NCBI RefSeq assembly: GCF_006345805.1
Contig: NW_021824433.1
Coordinates: forward strand, 1-18,682
Source of the DNA: Octopus sinensis
Taxonomy: Eukaryota
Length of the DNA stretch: 18,682 bases
Direction: 5' to 3'
Of the stretch, positions 10,033-18,682 are shown piece after piece (position 1 is the first letter of the stretch; every line of letters starts with the position of its first letter). The position numbers were made by a program, and so were the translations under genes. The notes under the pieces were generated by a model. That model was not told the DNA's origin, made no database searches, and was given only the letters and a program-made list of their open reading frames with translations.

Positions 10033-10709
10033 TAGATAGATAGATATATGTATGTACGTAAGTATGTATGTTATTCGACGTATTGCGTATGTCTGTCTGT
10101 CACGTGTTATAATGCATTGTAATGACGCATATTTTGTGTGTGCGTGTGTATTTATAAGACGTGTGTCAACAGGCGATTGATGGCAGTACGCGTTTGTTTC
10201 TCTCTGAAGTAAGACTTAGAGTGGCGAAGTTTAGAACTTTCTAGATCGCTTATGAATTTGTAAATTACATTAGTCATCTTACTTAAGTTTATTCAGCAGC
10301 TTATAGTCTTGTGGCGTGTTGCTGATGAAGAGACTTTTAATTTTATCTGCTTTTATGATGTATTATTAATACCGCATTGTGATTGAGTGCAATGGAGCTG
10401 TATTCTATTTGATACGTAGTCTAGATAACGTGTTCCATCTATTTCTACAGCCAGGGGGTGAGTTTAGTTCACGTAATACATTCTAATACATTGTGTGTAT
10501 GGTGGGGTTTTTTTTGTTCCTCTATACTATGTTCATCGTCTTGAATTTGCATTTTTTGTGTTGTATAATTTGCTCTACAAACTTATTTGAATATCTGATA
10601 TCAACTTCGTGTTTGTTTTATCCCATCGACTGTCTTTTCTGTCGTGTTACTGCTTTTGTTATGAATCTAAAAGCTCTTTTGGGTAGAAGGTTTATAACTG
10701 ATGATATAT

Positions 10710-11091
10710 GGAAGCACTCCGTCGGTTACGACGATGAGGGTTCCGGTTGATCCGATCAACGGAACAGCCTTCTCGTGAAATTAACGTGTAAGTGGCTGAG
10801 CACTCCACAGACACGTGTACCCTTAACGTAGTTCTCGGGGATATTCAGCGTGACACAGAGAGTGACAAGGCCGGCCCTTTGAAATACAGGTACAACAGAA
10901 ACAGGAAGTAAGAGCGAGAGAAAGTTGTGGTGAAAGAGTACAGCAGGGATCGCCACCACCTCATGCTGGAGCCTCGTGGAGCTTTTAGGTGTTTTCGCTC
11001 AATAAACACTCACAACGCCCGGTCTGGGAATCGAAACCACGATCCTAGGACCGCGAGTCCGCTGCCCTAACCACTGGGCCATTGCGCCTCC
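10710..11091 (-). mobile_element. tRNA-derived SINE, family C
   Basis: The minus strand starts GGAGGCGCAATGGCCCAGTGGTTAGG (A box) and contains GGTTTCGATTCC (B box). 13-bp TSD ACTGATGATATAT at 10697-10709 and 11092-11104. Confidence 0.9.
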
Positions 11092-11704
11092 ACTGATGAT
11101 ATATATCTATGTCTATGAAGACACTGACTCTTTTCTCTCAATTCATGCATAATAAATTTAGTCTAAAATTTTTTTTTCAGTGGAACTATTTTTGATTTTC
11201 TTTCTATTTTTTTTTTTTTTCATGTTTACAGTTTCTTAGTCTTTTTATTCTTCCTCTTTACCCAGCAGCACATTGACACATAAAACATTGTCACGAAAAA
11301 ACATCAGTAAACCGGTTGGCTGCCTGCTTTTGCTTTTCTTTTTTTATTGCTTTTGTTTTGATGTTCTTGACAATGAACATCGCCAGCCATAAGAAATGAC
11401 TGCTTCGTGTCGCCATTACAACTCTGTTCTGGTGACGTTCATAACAAGAAAAAAAGCACAAAAAACAACAAAAGAAAAACAACAAAAAAACATCCTTCTT
11501 CATTTAATGGCGGCATTAATTGTTCTTCATCATCACGAATCGAAAGAATTTTTTCCCATGAACTTTTCCCCGAATTATGATTCGCATTAAGGGTACGTAG
11601 AGTATAGTCAAGGTCATCTAAACAGTATTGTAAGCCCCTGGGTAAATCAGTGTTCATTTGCAGGCAGCATGTTACAACATACGTATGTATCAGAAGTGTG
11701 TGTG

Positions 11705-11736
<32 letters not shown>

Positions 11737-11843
11737 GGTGCTGGCATGGTTGTGTGGTAGAAAGCTTGCTTCCCAACTACATGGTTTCGGGTTCAGCCCA
11801 CCTTTCCGTGGCACCTTAGGCAAGTGTCTTCTACTGTAGCCTC
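11737..11843 (+). mobile_element. 5' head of SINE family B, fused to a Tx1 3' fragment
   Basis: Aligns to the first ~105 nt of 18040-18466, up to CTACT(G/A)TAGCCTCG, then switches to LINE sequence. Confidence 0.8.
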
Positions 11844-12575
11844 GAGAAACACGGGACCGACCTGCCCGAGATGCGGTCAGAGCGACGAAACCGTTCTGCA
11901 CGCAATCGTGCAGTGTCCAACAATCTCCGACCTGTGGACTTATGTCGAACGACTGCTGTCACGTGTGGGACGTGTCGGTTTATCAGCCGAAAGAGCTATT
12001 TTTATCATACTTGTGGCTATGGCGAAAGAATGTATCTGGTGGACACGCCTGAAAGGATTAGAGACAAACACTTTCCTCTCTGGTCAATCTCTCATCAACT
12101 TCTTCAAGTATCACTTGAAGAGGAAAGTGAGAGTAGAGAGGCAAGTTTTGTCTAGTGAAAGTTTTAAAAAAAGATGGGTAAATGTAGCAAGGATGACACG
12201 TATGAATGACGAAGCCACCTTGAACATGATCCTATGAACGGTAAACATTTAATACAGAGAGTTACTTATTTGTAAAAAAAAATGTAACATGTGACTTCAT
12301 TGACCGAGGTTACCGTGGTCTTTTCCGTTTCACGGGTAAACCTCACCTGTCTTCTCCTTTACATTTTATATTGACATTTCTTTGATAACGATCCCTATTG
12401 ATCGATTTTTCTTTTTCCTTTTATTTTTACCCCCCCCTTTTTTGCTTTCCTCTTTCTTTCCTTTTACGATCCCTTTTGATCGAAAACCAACCCCCCTTTT
12501 TTATCCCCAAAAGAAAAGCTCTACCTTGTAATTTGTCCCGTCTGTGTGCAGCCCTGTGTGGCTAATAAAGAAACA
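11844..12575 (+). mobile_element. 5'-truncated second copy of the Tx1-like LINE (ORF2 C-terminus + 3' UTR)
   Basis: Encodes RNTGPTCPRCGQSDETVLHAIVQC...ATLNMIL*, collinear with 4909-5347 except for a 45-nt in-frame deletion (SIVNIVTPPSFKWEG). Ends AATAAAGAAACA followed by (TATC)n. Confidence 0.95.
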
Positions 12576-12589
12576 TATCTATCTATCTG

Positions 12590-12639
<50 letters not shown>

Positions 12640-12752
12640 CATCCATCCATCCATCCATCCATCCATCCATCCATCCACCCACCCACCCACCTGTCCGTCC
12701 GTCCGTCCATCCATCCATCCATCCATCCATCCATCCATCCATCCATCCATCC

Positions 12753-12808
<56 letters not shown>
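12576..12808 (+). repeat. Compound (TATC)n-(TCCA)n-(TATC)n microsatellite
   Basis: Seen directly, immediately after the LINE tail. Confidence 0.97.
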
Positions 12809-12809
<1 letters not shown>

Positions 12810-13065
12810 GTTATCTTTATCTACTGGATCTTCAAATTATGTCTCCTGCGACTAATTACACTAGATCGGCCATTACTACATTGCAAGCATCAAAGCTTGA
12901 AATGCTGGTCAACCCTAACAGCTAGACATAGCTACAAATGGCGACTTGATTGACAACAGCTATCTTTAGATACTAACTGAATGGATGAGAAAATAACTCG
13001 ATGTAAATATGCATGGTCGCAGAACAAGCCATTTACCATATCTGTTTTTTTTATGGTATAACACA

Positions 13066-13432
13066 TCTTTATATATAAAACTGTAGTTGTGTGAGTGTCT
13101 GTCCCCTTCGATTTAGATTCCTAACTACTCCCACATTTTGCGGTGCAGTTTAACCAAAACCGGGTATCTTATAGTCGTGATTCATATCGCGCGTCTACGA
13201 TGAGGCTACGATTTTAAAAATAATTTACCATAATTTTTTTCCATTTTAACGCATATTTTTTAAATATAAGGGAAGTAACTCTCTAAAAATGTCTACGATG
13301 AATCAACGATTTAAAAAAAAATTTACTATAATTTATTTTCATTTTTTGGCTATTTTTTGGCTATAACTCTCTAAAAATGCTTATATAGTTATTTCCCTTA
13401 CAAACCCGAGCAACGCCGGGCGATACTGCTAG
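13066..13432 (+). mobile_element. Non-autonomous Helitron
   Basis: A^TCTTTATATATAAAA at the 5' end. Subterminal hairpin CCCG-AGCAACGC-CGGG (13405-13420), then CTAG (13429-13432) followed by T. No TSD. This is the canonical A^TC...CTRR^T signature. Confidence 0.75.
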
Positions 13433-14020
13433 TTCTTTTATAAAATTCTATTTCACTTCTGTCATACCGTTGGAATCTTTTAATCCCTTCTTTAAAATTT
13501 CCTATGAACACCAAAGAATAGATTTACCTTGGTTTTGTACAAATTCAGAAGTGTTTGAGATTGGCACGTTTGCATACATAATAGGTTTCCATATTTGCAA
13601 GCGTACATATATTTATATGTATTTATATGCAAGCATGCCTATATTTATATATACATATATATGTATTCTTTTATATGCACACATACAGATATATGTGTGT
13701 GTGTATGTGAATGTGTGTGTGTATGTTTGTATGTACGTACTTATGTATGTATATATATATATAATATATATAATATAAAATTAAGGGTAGAAATTGATAT
13801 TAGTCAATTAAAACCAGTGGTCTAGCACTAAAAAGAATCCGAGATTAAATATTATATATACCAATTAAGGACTGAGCACGAAAAGGTGGACAGTCAACAT
13901 GCTAGATATAGACGCCAATCGCCATTCTCCACAAGGATTATGTTCTCAAATAAAAATAAAATTCAGCACGACCTAAAGCAATGGATGAGACAAAAGAAAA
14001 ATACTAAGTGGAATAATTAC

Positions 14021-14082
14021 CTACGTACTGCAGTTTCAGCTATTAATATCACAAGGATATCTGTAGCTCATCATCAGCGTAG
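14021..14082 (-). ncRNA. Type I hammerhead motif, variant with a 2-nt insertion after the core
   Basis: Minus strand: CTACG CTGATGA TG AGCTA...TAGCT GAAAC TGCA GTA CGTAG. Confidence 0.65.
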
Positions 14083-14525
14083 TCTGTTATGAGCATAATA
14101 TGCTGTACTAGATGAAAAACGGTACCGAAGTCCCGCATGCAAAAAGTACAACCTATTACGTTCGGATGTATCTTTCGAATGCCTCTACTTTTGGCGCGCT
14201 GATAATCGAAAAACTAGCCTGCAGCCAATAATTAGCAGCAGTTCAATTTATCGGTTTGAGAACATATATTTCATATTAAAAATTAAGGGTAGAAATTGAT
14301 ATTAGTCAATTAAAACCAGTGGTCTAGCACATTAAAAAGAACGAAGATTAAAATATTATATATACCAATTAAGGACTGAGCACGAAAAGGTGGACAGTCA
14401 ACATGCTAGATATAGACGCCAAATCGCCATTCTCCACAAGGATTATGTTCTCAAATAAAAATAAAATTCAGCACGACCTAAAGCAATGGATGAGACAAAA
14501 AAAAAATACTAAGTGGAATAATTAC

Positions 14526-14585
14526 CTACGTACTGCAGTTTCAGCTATTAATATCACAAGGATATCTGTAGCTTCATCAGCGTAG
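14526..14585 (-). ncRNA. Minimal type I hammerhead ribozyme motif
   Basis: Minus strand: CTACG CTGATGA AGCTA cagatatccttgtgatattaa TAGCT GAAAC TGCA GTA^CGTAG. The core is intact, stems I and II are perfect 5-bp helices, and stem III is 2 bp closing a TGCA loop. Confidence 0.88.
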
Positions 14586-15519
14586 TCTGTTATGAGCATA
14601 ATATGCTGTACTAGATGAAAAACGGTACCGAAGTCCCGCATGCAAAAAGTACAACCTATTACGTTCGGATGTATCTTTCGAATGCCTCTACTTTTGGCGC
14701 GCTGATAATCGAAAAACTAGCCTGCAGCCAATAATTAGCAGCAGTCAATTTATCGGTTTGAAGAACATATATTCATATTTAAAAATTAAGGGTAGAAATT
14801 GATATAGTCAATTAAAACCAGTGGTCTAGCACATTAAAAAGAATCCGAAGATTAAAATATTTATATATACCAATTAAGGACTGAGCACGAAAAGGTGGAC
14901 AGTCAACATGCTAGATATAGACGCCAAATCGCCATTCTCCACAAGGATTATGTTCTCAAATAAAAATAAAATTCAGCACGACCTAAAGCAATGGATGAGA
15001 CAAAAGAAAAATACTAAGTGGAATAATTACCTACGTACTGCAGTTTCAGCTATTAATATCACAGAAACTGCAGTACGTAGGTAATTATTCCACTTAGTAT
15101 TTTTCTTTTGTCTCGTCCATTGCTTTAGGTCGTGCTGATTTTATTTTTATGAGACATAATCCTTGTGAGAATGGCGATTTGGCGTCTATCTAGCATGTTG
15201 ACTGTCCACCTTTTCGTGCTCAGTCCTTAATTGGTATATATAAATATTTTAATCTTCGGATTCTTTTTAATGTGCTAGACCACTGGTTTTAATTGACTAA
15301 TATCAATTTCTACCCTTAATTTTTAAATATGAAATATATGTTCTCAAACCGATAAATTGACTGCTGCTAATTATTGGCTGCAGGCTAGTTTTTCGATTAT
15401 CAGCGCGCCAAAAGTAGAGGCATTCGAAAGATACATCCGAACGTAATAGGTTGTACTTTTTGCATGCGGGACTTCGGTACCGTTTTTCATCTAGTACAGC
15501 ATATTATGCTCATAACAGA

Positions 15520-15579
15520 CTACGCTGATGAAGCTACAGATATCCTTGTGATATTAATAGCTGAAACTGCAGTACGTAG
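15520..15579 (+). ncRNA. Minimal type I hammerhead ribozyme motif
   Basis: CTACG (15520-24), CTGATGA (15525-31), AGCTA (15532-36), TAGCT (15558-62), GAAAC (15563-67), TGCA, GTA (15572-74), CGTAG (15575-79). Predicted cleavage is after 15574. Confidence 0.88.
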
Positions 15580-15740
15580 GTAATTATTCCACTTAGTATT
15601 TTTTTTTTGTCTCATCCATTGCTTTAGGTCGTGCTGAATTTTATTTTTATTTGAGAACATAATCCTTGTGGAGAATGGCGATTTGGCGTCTATATCTAGC
15701 ATGTTGACTGCCACCTTTTCGTGCTCAGTCCTTAATTGGT

Positions 15741-15746
<6 letters not shown>

Positions 15747-15771
<25 letters not shown>

Positions 15772-16061
15772 ACATATATATTACATATATATACATACAC
15801 ATATATTATATTATATATATTATATATATATATATATATATAAATATATATGTATACATGTATAATATTGTATATATAAATGTATCTGTCAGTCTGTCTG
15901 TCTCTCTTCTCTCTCTATCTATCTATCTATCTATAAGATTGTAGAGAGGGTACAAAATAAAGAGTGAAAAGAAATTAATGGTGGTGCTCCAGCATGACCA
16001 TAGCCACCTGGTTGAAAACACAAAAGAATATATTTATATTACACAAACACACACACACACA

Positions 16062-16097
<36 letters not shown>

Positions 16098-16160
16098 TAT
16101 ATATATATATATATTAATATATATATAATCTACAATCTATAATATATATATAATATAAAT
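15747..16160. repeat. TA/CA/TC-rich low-complexity block containing a SINE-B tail fragment (~15979-16030)
   Basis: Microsatellites seen directly. GGTGGTGCTCCAGCATGACCATAG resembles GGCGGTGCTCCAGCATGGCCACAG of SINE B. Confidence 0.8.
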
Positions 16161-17179
16161 ATCTACAATCTTTTCGTTGTTCCTCTCCTCCGACTGATGC
16201 GACCCCATCAAAATAATCGATGGCCTATCTGATGCATGAGGGAATTTGACACTGCTGCCCTCAACTATGCGTCATGTCGAGCCATTGGTTCGTCTGGTAT
16301 TGTGGATAGGAGAGTGTCCTGTTTCTTTTTAAAGATTTCCACATTTATATCGTGTAAGTTTCTCACTTGTTTTCGCTAAGCGTTGAAGAGCTGTCGTCCT
16401 CTGAGCCCTAGGCTATTGCAGTACATGGTTCTTATATCAGATGCATTGGACGGTACCTTCGGTACTATGCAATGGCGTCCAGTACGAGAATTCATATAAC
16501 GCTTGATGCAAAAATTAGGTACTAACCCTTCCAGTATTTTCCACATGTAAATTATTACATATCTCTCACGTCTGCGCTCTAGTGAGTAGAGCCGTAGTTT
16601 TTTCAGCCTCTCTCTCTATGCTTCATCTGCTGGACTGTGGCAATCTTCTTTGTCTGAGTGACAGTGGACATGTCTCAGGGTTACTATAAACAGTAATGTC
16701 CATAAAAAGTTCCCTGGGGGACAAAGTTCAAAATTTGTGCTTTCCTAGAGAGTGCACCATTGGCTGCAACTGTCTGGCTACTATCGTTTAGGAAGTCATG
16801 CAGCCACTCTCTTAGTTTACCAGCTATAACCAAGGCTTCGCAACTTGTGACATATGATCAACTTTGTCAAAGGCCTTTGCAAAGTCAAGATATATCACAT
16901 CGACATTTGAACGGTCAAGCAGCTGCTTCAGGACTCAGTCATAATGCCGTCAGAGCTGTGTGAAGCAATCTCTGCCTGGACGGAAGCCATGCTGACTTCC
17001 ATCGTTCAGCAAGTCATTTTCTTCTAGGAATGTTATCCGTTTCTTTCTAACGATTCGCTCCATGACTCTGCTGATATGTGAAGTCAAAGAGATGGGTCTG
17101 TAGTTGTTAGCCTCTGCTCTGCCTTCTTTTAGCTTTTTGGGAAGTTTACCATTTGCAACGAAATTCTGGAAGAGTATCC

Positions 17180-17604
17180 GGATCTTTTCGGTTTGAACGG
17201 CAGTTTTTTCTAGCGGTGTCATATGAAATTGTCACCCATAATTGTGACCCTAGTATCGATCTATTTCATTTCAATCTGTTTTAGGGTTATGGTTGGGGCT
17301 AGGGGTGGGGGGAAGGGTATTTTTTTTCTTCAGAAATGTAAATAAACCCAATCTGTTTCTTAAACAAGGGACATATTGATACGGCACAGAATGCATTTTA
17401 TCTCAATAGACGGTCATTGATTGGTTGAAATTGTAGAAATTGAAGAAAAAAAAAAGAACAAATATATTACAAACTATAGAATTTTCTCAATAAAGCCAAG
17501 AGAAAAAGATGTTTTATATACACATTCTACTAGTATACCAAGTTAAAAATTTTTTAGTTACCTAGAAATTATGCTAAAAACTGCCGCTCAAACCGAAAAC
17601 ATCC
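17180..17604. mobile_element. MITE copy 3 (GGATC TIR family) with 8-bp TSD
   Basis: Same TIRs as copy 2. TSD GAGTATCC (17172-17179) and GAGTATCA (17605-17612). Removing it restores the LINE reading frame. Confidence 0.93.
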
Positions 17605-17961
17605 GAGTATCAGAAGTGGTCCCGCTAATTCCTGTTTTCATGACTTTAAGAGAATAGATAGGAAACCATCGATGCCGGTTGCTGAGTTTGAGCTCATTTC
17701 GTCTATGGCCACTATTACATCTTCCTCTTCAACGTCAATGTAGGTAATAGCTGCCGTCTTTTTCTGCAGGATTGCATAGTCAAAGAAATCAGCTGGGGTT
17801 TTTTTTTATCTGCATGTGACTCAGTGGAGAGATAAAGACACTTTAAAATTGCATACTGATCACTTCATTTATCCTTTCGGGGTCCGCAGTCAGTGAGCCA
17901 TTCAATTGGAACAGAGGTCCTATTTTATACTGTACTGTTGCGGTTTCCTTAGCAACAGTAC

Positions 17962-18023
17962 TATAGTGGTAAGTATCCCCGCCTGTCACGCGGGAGACCG
18001 GGGTTCGATTCCCCGCCGGGGAG
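17962..18023 (+). pseudogene. 5'-truncated tRNA-Asp(GTC) pseudogene
   Basis: Anticodon stem CCCGC/GCGGG with GTC at 17985-17987 and T arm CGGGG-TTCGATT-CCCCG match eukaryotic tRNA-Asp. The first ~10 nt, including the 5' acceptor strand, are replaced, so it cannot form a full cloverleaf. Confidence 0.85.
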
Positions 18024-18039
18024 GCATGTTACTTGTATA

Positions 18040-18466
18040 GGCGTAGGAGTGGCTGTGTGGTAGGTAGCTTGCTTACCAGCCACATGGTTCCAGGTTCAGT
18101 CCCACTGCGTGGCACTTTAGGCAAGTGTCTTCTACTATAGCCTCGGACCGACCAAAGCCTTGTGAGTAGATTTGGTGGACGGAAACTGAAAGAAGCCCAT
18201 CATATATATGTATATATATATGTTTTGTGTGTGTGTGTGTGTGTGTGTATACGTTTGTGTGTCTGTGATTGTCCCCCAACATCGCGAGACAATCGATGCT
18301 GGTGTGTTTATGTCCCCGTAACTTAGCGGTTTGGCAAAAGGGACCGATAGAATAAGTACTAGGCTTACAAAGAATAAGTCCTGGGGTCGATATGCTCGAC
18401 TAAAGGCGGTGCTCCAGCATGGCCACAGTCAAATGACTGAAACAAGTAAAAGAGTAAAAGAGTAAA
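18040..18466 (+). mobile_element. tRNA-derived compound SINE, family B, full length
   Basis: GGCGTAGGAGTGGCTGTGTGG head, GGTTCAGTCCC B-box-like motif, internal (TA)/(TG) repeat, and a tail ending in AAGTAAAAGAGTAAAAGAGTAAA. Collinear with 9149-9550. Confidence 0.88.
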
Positions 18467-18682
18467 TTTATAGAAAGCCTTTGGGCTTTGTTTTTTATGC
18501 TTTCTACAGCTCTCTTCTGTGCCCTTTCATTTTCATGGGAGAGTTTAATTTTGTTTTCAATCTCCAGCAGCGTCAGTCTTAATTTAGCGTTTTTACTATC
18601 CTTCAGTTCTCTATTCAACTGGTTCGAGACATTCTGTGTCTCATAAGGATTTTCTTGTCTCTGGGGAGCTTGCACAGTCGAC

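Larger units (their letters stand above)
13778..15746. repeat. ~502-bp tandem array with fold-back inversion, hammerhead-bearing (retrozyme / Penelope pseudo-LTR-like)
   Basis: TTAAGGGTAG recurs at 13781, 14283 and 14786 (periods 502 and 503). The third unit inverts at ~15048-15063 and the sequence then runs back as reverse complement to ~15746. Both ends abut TA-rich microsatellite. Confidence 0.93.
16150..18682 (-). mobile_element. Decayed CR1/L2-like LINE (RT region), interrupted by a MITE, a tRNA pseudogene and a SINE
   Basis: Minus-strand motifs: GPLFQLNGSLTADP, ILLKS*KQELAGPLLILFQ (continuous once the MITE is removed), NYRPISLTSHISRVMERI, QHGFRPGRDC, IYLDFAKAFDKVDH (16854-16895), VPQG, LYSLERRRERY (16559-16591). 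The YADD region appears deleted near 16660. It runs off the window end; the lower boundary is approximate. Confidence 0.85.

Noticed and set aside
10322-10345. CTGATGAAGAG hammerhead-like 5' core
   Set aside because: There is no closing stem II or downstream GAAAC. The CTGATGA copies at 10698 and 11093 are part of a TSD.
11100-11700. Unassigned A/T-tract-rich segment with short ORFs (also 1-331, 6215-6430, 10080-10696, 12810-13065)
   Set aside because: No motif, internal repeat or terminal structure could be supported by eye. These may be old repeats that need a library search.
14403-14585. 60-68 aa ORF repeated in each 502-bp unit (MLDIDAKSPF...; also 13886-14092 and 15520-15714 minus)
   Set aside because: It is short, has no recognisable motif, lies antisense to the hammerhead and is frameshifted between units. 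It recurs only because the unit is repeated.
17952-18023. Functional tRNA-Asp gene
   Set aside because: The 5' acceptor strand is missing, so it is reported as a pseudogene.

Overview
AT-rich, microsatellite-rich eukaryotic non-genic DNA made almost entirely of transposable elements. The SINE families and (TATC)n/(TA)n load look like a cephalopod (Octopus-like) genome; that assignment is from recall and was not searched. No host protein-coding gene is supported. Main contents: (1) a near full-length but frameshifted Tx1/L1-clade LINE (~964-5633), a 5'-truncated second copy and a 27-nt tail stub, each followed directly by a (TATC)n array; (2) a tRNA-type SINE whose last 42 nt match the 3' end of that LINE (36/42); (3) a ~502-bp tandem array (13778-15746) whose units carry a minimal type I hammerhead ribozyme motif, folded back into a large palindrome centred inside a hammerhead (retrozyme/Penelope-like); (4) a second hammerhead-like motif at 9911-9948 and a 202-bp array with a possible hammerhead remnant; (5) three copies of a GGATC-terminated MITE (8-bp TSDs at two copies), Tc1/mariner, hAT-like and Helitron relics, a decayed CR1-like LINE and a 5'-truncated tRNA-Asp. 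All alignments and folds were done by eye.
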